Positions 9,563 to 19,873 are shown, numbered from the stretch's first letter. The stretch: 64,000 bases of DNA from Turneriella sp. (GCA_965279515.1 CBDIID010000003.1:2688001-2752000); one strand, 5' to 3'. Translations and numbers: made by a program. Notes: a model not told the origin generated them from the letters alone.

Positions 9563-11646
9563 CAGGCATTTACCTCACTTGGTTCCAGAATTACTTTGGT
9601 CATCTCAATAAATTTTGCGTCGCGGGGGATTTCTTCGTAAGCGACGACGGCAAAAGAACGCGTGGAAATCTCGCGCGAGATAATTTCAGCGATGCTCGAA
9701 CGGATCTCAGAACCACAGACAAACAGCGGAAACTTGCCTTCGGTCTGCATTGTATTGTAGGCGGCGACAAGCACCGAACGCAGGCGTTCGCGGTAATGCG
9801 GATCGATCGCCAGGACACGGCCGTCGCGTTCATCGATCGTGATACTGCCGCGCACATCGTATTCGATCTGCGGATCGATGACTGCGGCGAAGATGGCCTT
9901 GTTCTTATCCTGGTACGGCGCGACGATCTGGCGGGCGAGGCGCTGGCGCACAATGTCGGTCAAGAGTTCGGGGTTCTGCACACGCTGGCCATAATCGGCC
10001 ATGGTCTCGAGAATCGCCGGCAGGTTGCGGATAGAGACGTTCTCACGCAGCAGGTTGTGCAAGATGGTGAGGATAACCCCCGGATTCGGGAACAGTTTCG
10101 CCACTTCGTCGACCACGCTCGGGTATTTCTGCTTGGTCTTGTCGAGGAGCAGCTTCACCTCTTCGCGGCCCATGATCTGCGGCGCATACGCACGGAAGGT
10201 TTCCTGCAGGTGCGTGATCATCATGGTTGAGGCGTCGATGACGATATAACCCTTTTCCTCGGCCTCGCGCTTTTTCTCAGGATCGATGAGAATGACCTTT
10301 TGCCCAAAGGCAGGGTCGTTCACGACGAGGTCGGGGGATGCCGGTTTCAACTCTTCGCGGATATTCGGGTTCGAAAGTGCTCCTAAATATTCAGGATAAA
10401 CTTTCGTGCGCGCGACCTCGATGCCGCCAATCAGAATCACGTATTCATTGCCGTCGAGGTCAAGGTTGTCGTTGATGCGCACCGGCGGCACGATCATGCC
10501 GAGATCAGATGCCATCTTCTGCCTGAGGTTCGTAATGCGGTCGAGCAGCGTGCCACCCTGTTTGCGGTCCAGAAGCGGCACGAGATTAAAACCGATTTCA
10601 ATCTTCAGCGGATCGACGGCCAGTTCATCGAGGAAGCGCTCGGTGGAACCAATCTTCTGCTGTTCTGAAATGGCTTCCTGCTTTTGGCTCTCCGCCTTTT
10701 TTTGCTCGCGCATGTTGTAGGCGAGAAAACCCAGGAAGCCGCTGATGACCCATAAGGAGAGCTTGGGAAAACCAGGCACCAGCGAAGCGATAAAGAGCGC
10801 ACCCGCTGTGATGTAGAGCGCCCGCGAGTTCTGGAACATCTGCACCGAAAGCTCGCTCGTCAGATTGTTTTTCGCGCCCGCGCGCGTCACAACCATACCG
10901 GTGGCTGTTGTAATCAAAAGCGACGGAATCTGCGCCACAAGACCATCACCGATGGTCAGCAGCGTGTAGGTTTTCAGAGCGCTCTGGAAATTTTCACCGC
11001 GCATCACCATACCAATGATGAGACCGCCAATAATATTCACACCCGTGATGATGAGGCCCACGCGCACGTCACCTTGCACGAACTTCGTCGCACCATCCAT
11101 CTGGCCATAGAAGTCGACTTCACGGCGCAAATTCTCATTGCGCTTGCGGCCCTCTTCTTCGGTCACGCGGCCCGAGGTGATGTCGGCCTCGATGGCCATC
11201 TGCCGGCCCGGCAAGGCATCCAACGCGAAACGCGCCGAAACTTCAGAGATCCTTGTCGCGCCCTTGGTAATGACCATCATCTGCACGAGTACGAGAATGA
11301 TGAACACGACGAAGCCGATGACATAATTATTCCCCGCGACAAACTCGCCGAATGCACGCACCAGCTGCCCGTCAAAAGCGGGCCCCTTCGCGAGAATCTG
11401 GCGCGTGGTGGAAACGTTGAGCGCCAGGCGAAAAACCGTCGAAACGAGTAACAAAGTTGGAAAAACAGAGAAGTCCGCGATCTCACGGTTGAACATCGCC
11501 GTGAGCAGGGCGATGATCGATATCATGATACTGATCGCGAGCAAAAAGTCGAGCAGCATGGTCGGCAACGGCACGATCAGCATCGCAACCACTGCCACGA
11601 CGGCGACGCCCAGCATGATATCGCCTTGCTGATACCACTTTTTCAC
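9562..11646 (-). CDS. flhA: Flagellar export protein FlhA
   Basis: FPTLLL, RLALNVSTTR, EVSARFALDALPGRQMAI and FYGQMDGATKFV FHIPEP motifs. Confidence 0.97.
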   Translation of the reverse strand: MKKWYQQGDIMLGVAVVAVVAMLIVPLPTMLLDFLLAISIMISIIALLTAMFNREIADFSVFPTLLLVSTVFRLALNVSTTRQILAKGPAFDGQLVRAFGEFVAGNNYVIGFVVFIILVLVQMMVITKGATRISEVSARFALDALPGRQMAIEADITSGRVTEEEGRKRNENLRREVDFYGQMDGATKFVQGDVRVGLIITGVNIIGGLIIGMVMRGENFQSALKTYTLLTIGDGLVAQIPSLLITTATGMVVTRAGAKNNLTSELSVQMFQNSRALYITAGALFIASLVPGFPKLSLWVISGFLGFLAYNMREQKKAESQKQEAISEQQKIGSTERFLDELAVDPLKIEIGFNLVPLLDRKQGGTLLDRITNLRQKMASDLGMIVPPVRINDNLDLDGNEYVILIGGIEVARTKVYPEYLGALSNPNIREELKPASPDLVVNDPAFGQKVILIDPEKKREAEEKGYIVIDASTMMITHLQETFRAYAPQIMGREEVKLLLDKTKQKYPSVVDEVAKLFPNPGVILTILHNLLRENVSIRNLPAILETMADYGQRVQNPELLTDIVRQRLARQIVAPYQDKNKAIFAAVIDPQIEYDVRGSITIDERDGRVLAIDPHYRERLRSVLVAAYNTMQTEGKFPLFVCGSEIRSSIAEIISREISTRSFAVVAYEEIPRDAKFIEMTKVILEPSEVNA

Positions 11647-12887
11647 GCGACCCTACGCCCCTGATTAAATTTTTCCCTGAGTGCCGGAATCGCAGCAACA
11701 ATTCTCACGAGAAGCTCGAACAGGTTCGACGGCAGAACCTGGTTGAGGTTCACGTTATCGTAGATGAAACGTGCCAGGGGTTTATCTTCGAACATCGGCA
11801 CTTCATTTTTTTTCGCCACTTCGCGGATGATACGAGCGATCTCATCTTCGCCTTTCGCCACAAGGCGCGGTGGAGTGCCCTCAAGATCAAAATCGAATTT
11901 GATGGCAACCGCATAGTGTGTCGGGTTCGTAATCACGAGATCTGCAGTCGCGACCGCTGAGCGCATCTGCGAGCGCAGCGCTTCCTGCATTCTCTGGCGC
12001 TGGCGCGCCTTGATCTGCGGATCCCCTTCCTGTTCGCGGAATTCCTGTTTCACTTCTTGTTTGGTCATTTTCAAACTTTCCATGAACTGCGATCTCTGGA
12101 AGAGATAGTCGGGCACAGACATGACCAGAAGAATGATGATGAGTATCAGAGCGAGTTTGAACGACATATAACCGAGCGAGCGCAGCGCGTCGCCCACACC
12201 CATGCGGCCTGTCTTCATCACATTTAAGAAATCGTCGCTGATGATGAGATAACTCACGAACGTGATCGCGGCGACCTTGACGATCGTCTTTGCCAAATTG
12301 ACATAGATCTGTTTCGAAAATAAAGTTCTTTCGATCATGCGGCTGAAGCTGAAAGAAATATTCGAGAGTTTCGGGCGCAAAGGTTCGAGCGTGAACATGA
12401 ACCCGGTCTGAGAAACATTACCGATGACGCCGAGCAGCATGACTGCGGCAAAGAACGGCGCAAGCATCAGAAAAAATTCGCGCGCGACGCCGATCATCAT
12501 CGGAATCATCGTGGCTTCCTGCACCGTGCCGAGGCTCGAAAAATTGCCGATGTAGATTTTCATCATACGCGCGAGCGATGTTAAGATCCAGCCGGCGCTG
12601 GCGAAGAGAACGATGAGGCCGCCCAGCGTGCCCAGCGCCGCAGGAATTTCTGCGCTCTTGGGAACCCGGCCTTTTTCGCGCTCGCGGCGGCGGCGCAGCT
12701 CGGTCGGATCTTCGGTGCGGCCTTCGTCTTCGGCCGCCCACAGGACGAGCGAGAAGATATCCACCCCGGCGGCAGCCGGAGCCCACGCATAGTGCGCCAA
12801 TTCGGGCGTAGGGAACAGGAAATCGAATCGGCTACGGAAGTAAGACCGAACTTGGAGCCAAAGTGCAATTAAGGATGAAATCCACAC
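11643..12887 (-). CDS. flhB: Flagellar export protein FlhB (N-terminal extension; start uncertain)
   Basis: RTEDPT...RREREKGRVPKS, EGDPQIK and the autocleavage motif NPTH. Confidence 0.95.
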   Translation of the reverse strand: MWISSLIALWLQVRSYFRSRFDFLFPTPELAHYAWAPAAAGVDIFSLVLWAAEDEGRTEDPTELRRRREREKGRVPKSAEIPAALGTLGGLIVLFASAGWILTSLARMMKIYIGNFSSLGTVQEATMIPMMIGVAREFFLMLAPFFAAVMLLGVIGNVSQTGFMFTLEPLRPKLSNISFSFSRMIERTLFSKQIYVNLAKTIVKVAAITFVSYLIISDDFLNVMKTGRMGVGDALRSLGYMSFKLALILIIILLVMSVPDYLFQRSQFMESLKMTKQEVKQEFREQEGDPQIKARQRQRMQEALRSQMRSAVATADLVITNPTHYAVAIKFDFDLEGTPPRLVAKGEDEIARIIREVAKKNEVPMFEDKPLARFIYDNVNLNQVLPSNLFELLVRIVAAIPALREKFNQGRRVA

Positions 12888-12896
12888 TAATAATGC

Positions 12897-12925
12897 GACA
12901 TAATGCGGATCGTGTGGCTTGTCAA
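12897..12925 (-). promoter_or_regulatory. Putative sigma70 promoter of the flhB operon
   Basis: Minus strand TTGACA-N17-TATGTC, 9 nt before the GTG at 12887. Confidence 0.5.
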
Positions 12926-13012
12926 GGATTATGTCTCATGTAGGGATGTGCCTTGTCCAGCGGATATATGACTAAATTCTTGCCGCGGCATCAGGCCGCA
13001 TGGTGGTCAGCC

Positions 13013-13786
13013 ATGCGCCTGAACACTCTGACCATCCTACTCACCACCATCGCCGTACTGCATTGCTCGAGCCTGCCGGTGGGGCAACCCGGCGAAGCCG
13101 CTGAACAGCTCGCACAGAAGATGCTCAAAGCGGCCAACCAGGATAAATGGCAGGCGACGGTTGCGGTTTCATTCACCTTTCGCGGCGACGATAAAGTCTT
13201 CTGGGATAAAAAACGCAAGCTGGTTGAAGTCGCCGACAAAAAGGGCACGGTGCAATTCAGCGAAGTCAGCGGGAAATCCATCTGTTTCGAGGGCGAGCGC
13301 CGCGTGATGGACGAGTGCGAAAAACTGACTGCCTCAGCAGTGAAGAAGTTTTACAACCACACCTACTGGATTAACCCCGCTTTTCATATCACCTCTCCGG
13401 GGGCAGAGCGCGCCCTGGTCGAGGATAATAGCCTGACGGGCGCCGAGGCAAAAAAGCTGCTCGTGACCTTTAAATCAGGCGGATCAACCCCGGGGGACAG
13501 CTATCTCTTCACCCTCGACGACGAGGGTAAAATCGCCGACATGCGCATGTGGGTTTCCCTCAAGATGATACCCAATGGCGGCAAAGCGGTATTTTCGGAT
13601 TATAAGACGACCGAAACCGGCGTCAACGTTGCCATGCACCATAAACTTATGTCTCTTGTTTCGGTCGATCTAAGCGACGTCAATATGTATGCAGGCTACC
13701 CCGAAGCCGGCAAAGCCGACCGCTTCCAGCCCCTGCTCGAACAGCCCGGCGCCATGGGGAGCGACACGCTCAACCGGAAAAAATAA
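13013..13786 (+). CDS. Hypothetical lipoprotein
   Basis: MRLNTLTILLTTIAVLHC-SS lipobox-like start; GGSTPGDSYLF motif. Confidence 0.7.
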   Translation: MRLNTLTILLTTIAVLHCSSLPVGQPGEAAEQLAQKMLKAANQDKWQATVAVSFTFRGDDKVFWDKKRKLVEVADKKGTVQFSEVSGKSICFEGERRVMDECEKLTASAVKKFYNHTYWINPAFHITSPGAERALVEDNSLTGAEAKKLLVTFKSGGSTPGDSYLFTLDDEGKIADMRMWVSLKMIPNGGKAVFSDYKTTETGVNVAMHHKLMSLVSVDLSDVNMYAGYPEAGKADRFQPLLEQPGAMGSDTLNRKK

Positions 13787-13888
13787 ACAGGGCAGGGGAA
13801 ATCCCCCTCAAAAACCTGGCATTTGTGCATAGATAGTGCACACCCCGTATACTTCTTGACACGGTGTTACAAAAGGTAACATTGGGTT

Positions 13889-14299
13889 ATGAAGGTACTG
13901 AGAAGACAGAAGAATCTGAGTTTCGGTACCAGCCCCGACAACGAACAAGGTCTCAAGCTCGACCTCCGCTTCGACGAAGACACTAAAACCGCTTACGGCG
14001 AAATCGTACTGCCCATTCACTTCCAGGGCAACCAGCCTGAATGTGTGCACCCGGGCGTCATCGCCGTCATGCTCGACGAAGTCATGATGAAGATCAACCA
14101 GGCGCTGAACCTCAACGTCAATACTGGTGAAGTGACGATCCGTTATCTGCAACTGGCGAAAGTCAACGAACCACTTTACCTGCGCGGTTACTTTGTGAAG
14201 AAAAATAAGCGTGTGATCGAAAACCGTGCTGAGCTCGAAGACGACATCGGTAAGATCGTCGCCCGGGGCAAAGGCAAATACATCGAACAAGATTTATAG
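13889..14299 (+). CDS. PaaI-family hotdog thioesterase
   Basis: [13 protein letters not shown] motif, 136 aa. Confidence 0.85.
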   Translation: MKVLRRQKNLSFGTSPDNEQGLKLDLRFDEDTKTAYGEIVLPIHFQGNQPECVHPGVIAVMLDEVMMKINQALNLNVNTGEVTIRYLQLAKVNEPLYLRGYFVKKNKRVIENRAELEDDIGKIVARGKGKYIEQDL

Positions 14300-14323
14300 T
14301 TTTCCCTGCGACTCAAAAACAAG

Positions 14324-14347
14324 AACCCGCGCAAGCGGGTTTTTTTA
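14324..14347 (+). terminator. Intrinsic terminator after the PaaI gene
   Basis: AACCCGC-GCAA-GCGGGTT followed by a T run. Confidence 0.8.
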
Positions 14348-14360
14348 TGGGCCCGATCTC

Positions 14361-14443
14361 GCCGAAGTGGTGAAATGGTAGACACACCGCACTCAAAATG
14401 CGGCGGGGGCAACTCCATGTCGGTTCAAGTCCGACCTTCGGTA
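14361..14443 (+). tRNA. tRNA-Leu (CAA), CCA not encoded
   Basis: Acceptor stem GCCGAAG/CTTCGGT, D-loop GGTGAAATGGTAGACAC, anticodon arm CCGCA-CTCAAAA-TGCGG, long variable arm, T-loop GGTTCAAGTCC. Confidence 0.95.
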
Positions 14444-14579
14444 AATTGCCACGGATGGCTTTAGTCGGTGCTCGCATGGATGCGATCTTTGCGCCGACAT
14501 TTTTCTTGACCGCCTAAAATAGCGGCCTCCCCCTGTAACACGTTTCTATTTTCGTCGACTCATAATGACAGGGGGATTT

Positions 14580-15251
14580 ATGACCGAGCACAAAAAATAT
14601 CCCGTTTGGCAGTTTACTATCGATGCGACGGCGATCACGGTTTTTTTCGCTTTTATCGGCCTCTATTGTCATTCCCTGTTTTCTAATTATTCGGCGCGCC
14701 TTGAAGTTTCCGTGGCGCTCTGGCTGCAGCTGATTCTCTATGCGCTCTTCGCCTATCTGACTGCCGATTTTGTTTCCGGGCTCGCGCATTTTCTGGGCGA
14801 TAATTTCGGCAACCCCGAGACGCCGTTTTTCGGCAAACTTTTCATCTACGCCTTCCGCGAGCACCACGTTGACCCCAAGGCGATCACGCGGCACTCGTAT
14901 ATCGAAACCAATGGCGCGAACTGCCTGGTGTCATTGCCGCCGCTCATCTATCTGCATTACGCCAGCGCACCGGTCGCCGACTTCACCTTTCGTTTTTATT
15001 TTCTGATTTTTTTCCTGAGCATATTCATGACCAACCAGATTCACAAATGGTCGCACCAGGATTTCCCGCCGGCCTTCGTTGTGTGGCTGCAGCGCATGCA
15101 CCTGATTCTGCCGCCGCGCCACCATGGCGTGCACCATACGCCACCCTTCGACAAATATTACTGCATCACCAGCGGCTGGCTGAATGCCCCGCTCCACAGC
15201 CTGCATTTTTTTCAGGCGTTGAAGCGGGTGCTGACGTGGAATTTTAGATAA
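14580..15251 (+). CDS. CarF/TMEM189(PEDS1)-family lipid desaturase
   Basis: ADFVSGLAHFLGDNFG, FREHHVDP, TNQIHKWSH, HHGVHH and YCITSGWLN motifs. Confidence 0.88.
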   Translation: MTEHKKYPVWQFTIDATAITVFFAFIGLYCHSLFSNYSARLEVSVALWLQLILYALFAYLTADFVSGLAHFLGDNFGNPETPFFGKLFIYAFREHHVDPKAITRHSYIETNGANCLVSLPPLIYLHYASAPVADFTFRFYFLIFFLSIFMTNQIHKWSHQDFPPAFVVWLQRMHLILPPRHHGVHHTPPFDKYYCITSGWLNAPLHSLHFFQALKRVLTWNFR

Positions 15252-15298
15252 CCCTCCCCTATAAGGGGAGGGTCGCCGCTTTGCGGCGGGGAGGGGTT
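15251..15298. repeat. GC-rich palindromic repeat / bidirectional terminator between convergent genes
   Basis: ACCCTCCCCT-ATA-AGGGGAGGGT, then CGCCGC-TTT-GCGGCG, then GGGAGGGGTT. Confidence 0.7.
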
Positions 15299-17045
15299 AC
15301 GCTGCGTCCAGAACCGCCATATTGATGACGATGTCGCTGAAGTCGCGGCGCGGGAACAAACGGTTCGCGTCTTTCTGCGCGAGGCGTTTGATCTCTCCTA
15401 AACTGTGGTGGTTCGTTTCCAGGATGCGCTTGCGGAATTCCTGGGCCTCCGCCTTTTTGCCAAGCGCTGCGGCAGCGCGCGATGCCCAGAGCAGACTTTG
15501 CCCCTTGCGGTAAGGCGATTCTTCCAGTGCGAGCGCGGCATGAAAATGTTCGAGCCCCGCAGCGTTATCCCGGCTTTCAAGCGCGAGCGCGCCGAGAATA
15601 AAATGCAACGACGGATCTTCGGGCGCCATGTGTGACGCCGCCTGCATTTCTTTCACCACGTCGGCGAGCGGCGCGCCCTCAAAATCCATCAGGTAGCCGC
15701 GCTGGAAGTGTGCATAAGCTGCAGCGCCTTCGCCCTGCGCGTAGGTAGCGGTCACATCACTGAGTTTTTCTTTCTTGAGATCGACGACCTTGAGCGCATC
15801 ACCCGACCAATCGATGTTGTGGTTGAGGTATGGCCCCCAACCCGTGGGCGCTTCGCCGACTGAAAGTGAAATAAAGCCCGACTGCAGCTTGAAGACCACC
15901 GACTGCACAGACATCACGTGACCGATGAGCGAACCCATCATGCGGCTTTTGCCCGGCATCTCGGCTTCATAGTCACAGCCCAAAAGATTCTGCATATCGG
16001 TGAGTGTCGCACCGCCGCGCTCGCCGACGTTACGGAAGAACTGATCCATCAGGCGCAGGCGGTCAATGGTGTAGGGAGTCCAGGCATCGCCCGTGGCAAT
16101 TTCACCATCCTGCAGATCGCGGTGCAGATAATGGTTGGTCTGTCCAAGGCGGTCATGTTCGGCCCATGTGACGCGGCACTTCTTTGCCGTCGTCTCGATG
16201 ACGGCGGCGTTTTTTTCCTTCGCCGAAGTCACCATAATGCCCCAGGTCGAAGCCACCTTGCTGCCCGCGACAATTTCTATCGCATCGGCAATCGTGCGCG
16301 AGTTACGAATAATGTCGTGGCCCAGATCAATGACACCCGTGGAGTTGAAATCCACATCTTTATGGAAACGTGTGTGGAAGGTGACAGCCAGCCCTTCGGC
16401 GTTGAAGGCCGTAATACCGGGTACATCCGCACCGCGCGCGCCGATGTAGGCATAGGGAATGCCCTTGTCGGGGGTACAGTAGACGATGGTCGGTGATTTA
16501 TCCCAGATACTGACGCCGGGGAAGTCAAAATTACGCGCATGCATCAGTTCGCCGTCAGCGGACATTGAATTAAAGACCACAGCCGACGAACATGCAGGTA
16601 TGGCTTGCAGGAGTGCCTTATCGTTCATGTGCAAGGCACCGAGGCGGCCCAAAACACCGATGCTGTTCTGGAAAACATCCATGACCAGCATGTGTTTACC
16701 CACTTCGGGGGAAAGATTGGCGGCGCGCAGCATGGCGAGCGACCGGCCCTGGTACTCTTCGTTGCGGTTTTTTGCGAGAGCATTTACAGCCATCTGCATG
16801 AGGCCCGAGGCGACATTGCGCAGCGGCCCTTTACGCGACCGACGCGGCAGCCCGCTCAGAATCAACGAATGCGCCATGCGGGGATAAAAATCGAGCATCT
16901 CATGGTACCCGCCCTGGCTGGCGAGAATTTCGCCGTATTGGTGCCCCATCTGCGACTGGGTGCCTTTAAGGCGGATTTCAAGCAGGGGATTTGTGATAAG
17001 CCGTGACATAACAGGTAATGGCCGGCGCAGCATGCGCGGTGTCAA
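15297..17045 (-). CDS. C45-family autoproteolytic acyltransferase/hydrolase (Ntn) with C-terminal TPR-like region
   Basis: PA-CSS nucleophile site, HARNFDF, TAFNAEGL and TNHY motifs; helical TPR-like tail; start uncertain. Confidence 0.8.
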   Translation of the reverse strand: MTPRMLRRPLPVMSRLITNPLLEIRLKGTQSQMGHQYGEILASQGGYHEMLDFYPRMAHSLILSGLPRRSRKGPLRNVASGLMQMAVNALAKNRNEEYQGRSLAMLRAANLSPEVGKHMLVMDVFQNSIGVLGRLGALHMNDKALLQAIPACSSAVVFNSMSADGELMHARNFDFPGVSIWDKSPTIVYCTPDKGIPYAYIGARGADVPGITAFNAEGLAVTFHTRFHKDVDFNSTGVIDLGHDIIRNSRTIADAIEIVAGSKVASTWGIMVTSAKEKNAAVIETTAKKCRVTWAEHDRLGQTNHYLHRDLQDGEIATGDAWTPYTIDRLRLMDQFFRNVGERGGATLTDMQNLLGCDYEAEMPGKSRMMGSLIGHVMSVQSVVFKLQSGFISLSVGEAPTGWGPYLNHNIDWSGDALKVVDLKKEKLSDVTATYAQGEGAAAYAHFQRGYLMDFEGAPLADVVKEMQAASHMAPEDPSLHFILGALALESRDNAAGLEHFHAALALEESPYRKGQSLLWASRAAAALGKKAEAQEFRKRILETNHHSLGEIKRLAQKDANRLFPRRDFSDIVINMAVLDAA

Positions 17046-17059
17046 TTTTTTTGCAGCGC

Positions 17060-17827
17060 TTAAAAGTACTCGCGCAGGAGTTCTGAGGCTTCTGTGCGTA
17101 CAATGACACTCTGGCTGCGGGTGAGCGTCTTGAGGCGCACCTGGGCGTCCCGGGTCTTCGTGCGCGCCAGTTCACGCATCACCAGAATGAGTTCAGAGGC
17201 GGACTTACAATGGTAGCTCCGCTTAATGAGATAGGGCCACGCCGATTCATCATCGTACCAGACAAGCGTGCGGTAAATCTCGGCCACAACCTGGGGATTT
17301 TTCTCGTTCAGCTTGAACAAGACCGAATAAAAATATGTCTTTTCTTTCCGCTCTTTTTTATAGTTGCGCAGCGTGCGATAAGCGGCCTCACGCACCATCC
17401 ACTCCCGGTCTGCCGTCAGGCGCGCAACAGCCGGAATCAGTTCATCGTCTGAACCAACTTTCTCGACCACCAAAAGCGCGCGCCAGCGGATAATCGGATC
17501 GGTATTTTCTGTCAACTCGACAGCTTTCGCCAGATGGTCATCGCGCTCGAGCCGCCATATCGACTCCAACGCCGCTACAATTACTGCGCTGTCATCGTCG
17601 ACAAGGGCGCTGCCGAGAATGCGGTCGTCTTCCCTGACACGATTCGCGCGGGTGATCGCTTCGAGGTATTCGACCTGCCGCTGCCAGTCGAGCATATTGA
17701 ATTCTTCAACGGTAAGTTTCTGCGGCGCCGGATTTCCACTGTTAGTGGGGGCAGACCGGCAAGCTGCAAAGAGCATCAACACGGAAAAAAGAAAGACCGC
17801 CGCACAGCGACCCGGCATTGATTTCAT
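17060..17827 (-). CDS. HEAT-repeat lipoprotein
   Basis: Lipobox-like LFAAC; repeats DPIIRWRAL and WMVREAA. Confidence 0.75.
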   Translation of the reverse strand: MKSMPGRCAAVFLFSVLMLFAACRSAPTNSGNPAPQKLTVEEFNMLDWQRQVEYLEAITRANRVREDDRILGSALVDDDSAVIVAALESIWRLERDDHLAKAVELTENTDPIIRWRALLVVEKVGSDDELIPAVARLTADREWMVREAAYRTLRNYKKERKEKTYFYSVLFKLNEKNPQVVAEIYRTLVWYDDESAWPYLIKRSYHCKSASELILVMRELARTKTRDAQVRLKTLTRSQSVIVRTEASELLREYF

Positions 17828-18603
17828 GGCAAAACAAAGACGCGCTGCATTTGCAGGCGGCGCTCATCCCCATACTGAACGGAGTTGGTCTGCAGCTGCA
17901 TGCGCGTAATGCCATAGGCTATCCCCGAACCGATCAGGGCGCCGACCAGGACATCGGTGAAATAATGTTTATCGGCGGCAATCCGCAGATACCCGGGCAG
18001 CGCTGCGAGCACGAGTGCCGTTGCATAGATCGCGCCACTCTGCTGGGGATACGATTCGGCTAAAAGCATCGCGCTGGAGAGCGCCATCGCAAACGAATAA
18101 GACGTATGGCCGCTGAAAAAAGAAAGCTTGCTGTCCGGCGAGGAATAGTCGTTGCTGTAATAGGCAAACGGCCGGCCACGCGCGACAGAAAATTTGGTGA
18201 CCTGCGTGATGACACCCGTGATAACCACTGCCTCTCCGATCGTGAGCGCGGCGCGGCCATACTCATGGTTCGTAGCAAGGGGGGATGCAAATGCCGCGGC
18301 CGGCATAACACCGAATAGCATGACGTCACTGAAGGTTTTGGCGAGTTGTGTGTTCGACCATTTGAGGCCGCTGCGCACATCGGCGTCGATAGCAGGGGGC
18401 GTCGTCCAGCGGGGTTCTTTCGCAACAAGCTCGGCCTTGTAATATTCACTGACACCGATGCCCAGTGCGCCGGCAACGACGCCACCGATTTCGCCCACAG
18501 GCACGACGGCATCGAGCCGCGCTGTGGAGAACGCTAAGGCAAAAAAGCACGCCGCGGCTCCCAGTTTCTTTATGGCAAATTTGTCTGTCCGCGCTGAATG
18601 CAC
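17824..18603 (-). CDS. PAP2-family phosphatase
   Basis: KFSVARGRP, SFFSGHT and LRIAADKHYFTDV motifs. Confidence 0.9.
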   Translation of the reverse strand: MHSARTDKFAIKKLGAAACFFALAFSTARLDAVVPVGEIGGVVAGALGIGVSEYYKAELVAKEPRWTTPPAIDADVRSGLKWSNTQLAKTFSDVMLFGVMPAAAFASPLATNHEYGRAALTIGEAVVITGVITQVTKFSVARGRPFAYYSNDYSSPDSKLSFFSGHTSYSFAMALSSAMLLAESYPQQSGAIYATALVLAALPGYLRIAADKHYFTDVLVGALIGSGIAYGITRMQLQTNSVQYGDERRLQMQRVFVLP

Positions 18604-18633
18604 TTGAAGTTTTTCCTCTAAAGATCAAACCCT

Positions 18634-19272
18634 ATGTCAATTCAAACTCCGCGCTTTATCGATAATCTCGAGCGCCGCTACTATAAACTCGGCATTGAGA
18701 ATCTGGGCCTTATTCTAGTGGTCATGCAGGCATTCGGTTTTCTGGCCTTCCAGATCGCCCCGCAAACCGCCTATAAATTCGCGCTGATTCCCCAGCTTTT
18801 GCTGAAAGGTGAAATATGGCGCGCCGTAACTTTCATTGCATTGCCGCTCAGCACCGGATTCTGGATCATTATCGTACTCTTTTTTCTCTATTCGATCATG
18901 CAGATTATCGAACAGACCTGGGGACCGTTCAAAACCACGCTTTATTTTTTCATGGGCCTCTTATTATCCGTCGCCTACTCGATTATCACCGGCTACCCGA
19001 TAACGACTTTTATGCCGCTGGAGATGTCGCTATTCTTTGCCGTGGCGGCACTTTATCCCACGACCGAAGTATTGCTGTTTTTCTTTATTCCTGTACCGAT
19101 GTGGATTCTTGCGGCGTTTCAGGCGGCGGTTACGCTCTACATCATGATCATGAGCGACTGGTATACACGGGGTTATTATGCGGTTGTTTACCTGAATTAT
19201 TTCTTATTTTTCGGCGTGCACCATTATCAGCAGGTGCAGTACTGGCTGCGCCGCCGCAACTGGCGGGGCTAA
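18634..19272 (+). CDS. Polytopic membrane protein (rhomboid/derlin-like N-terminus)
   Basis: GEIWRAVTF motif and multiple TM segments; no clear catalytic GxSG. Confidence 0.6.
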   Translation: MSIQTPRFIDNLERRYYKLGIENLGLILVVMQAFGFLAFQIAPQTAYKFALIPQLLLKGEIWRAVTFIALPLSTGFWIIIVLFFLYSIMQIIEQTWGPFKTTLYFFMGLLLSVAYSIITGYPITTFMPLEMSLFFAVAALYPTTEVLLFFFIPVPMWILAAFQAAVTLYIMIMSDWYTRGYYAVVYLNYFLFFGVHHYQQVQYWLRRRNWRG

Positions 19273-19282
19273 GGGAGAATCT

Positions 19283-19873
19283 ATGAGAAAAATTATCACT
19301 GCACTATCGGCCGCCCTGGCCCTGACTTCCGTTTTATCAGCCCGTACCTACTGGTATGACATCGACTATTCCAAGTCGCAGATTACGTTCCTGGCAAAAT
19401 CGCGCGTTGTCAATGCCAACGGCATCTTCCGTAAATGGAGCTTCAAGGGTAAAATCGGCGAGAAACTGCATGTCGTCGGCGACATCGCCATCGACTGCAC
19501 ATCCATTGATACCGATAACGAGCGCCGCGATAAACACCTCATGAGCGCCGATTTTTTCGACTGTGCAAAAAATTCCCAGCACATCTTCCGTATCCGCACT
19601 GTGAAACCCGACCAGGCCAATGCGCTCAAGGCAACGAAGTTTGAGGTCGTTGGCGACCTGACCATCCACGGAACCACTCAGCCTGTCACGCTGACGCTCA
19701 GCCGCGAGGGCGGCGAAGAAAAATTCGCGCTTTCCGGCAGCGTAATCATCGACCGTGAAAAATTCGGCATCGTCTACAACAGCACACTGAACCCGATCGA
19801 AAAAGACATCCGTCTCGACATCAAGCTGCAGCTGAACCGCCGCGCCGATAAGCCGCCGTATGGGCCTTCTTAA
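19283..19873 (+). CDS. YceI-family lipid/polyisoprenoid-binding protein
   Basis: SIDTDNERRDKHLMSADFFD and GDLTIHGTT motifs, signal peptide. Confidence 0.92.
   Translation: MRKIITALSAALALTSVLSARTYWYDIDYSKSQITFLAKSRVVNANGIFRKWSFKGKIGEKLHVVGDIAIDCTSIDTDNERRDKHLMSADFFDCAKNSQHIFRIRTVKPDQANALKATKFEVVGDLTIHGTTQPVTLTLSREGGEEKFALSGSVIIDREKFGIVYNSTLNPIEKDIRLDIKLQLNRRADKPPYGPS

Noticed and set aside
12929..12952. Third copy of the two-component box (..CATGTAGGGATGTGCC)
   Set aside because: Only the AGGGAT half matches and the register to a -35 is not preserved.
14361..14443. tRNA-Leu as the integration site of the island
   Set aside because: It is over 10 kb from the island edge, with no duplicated tRNA 3' end and no integrase seen.
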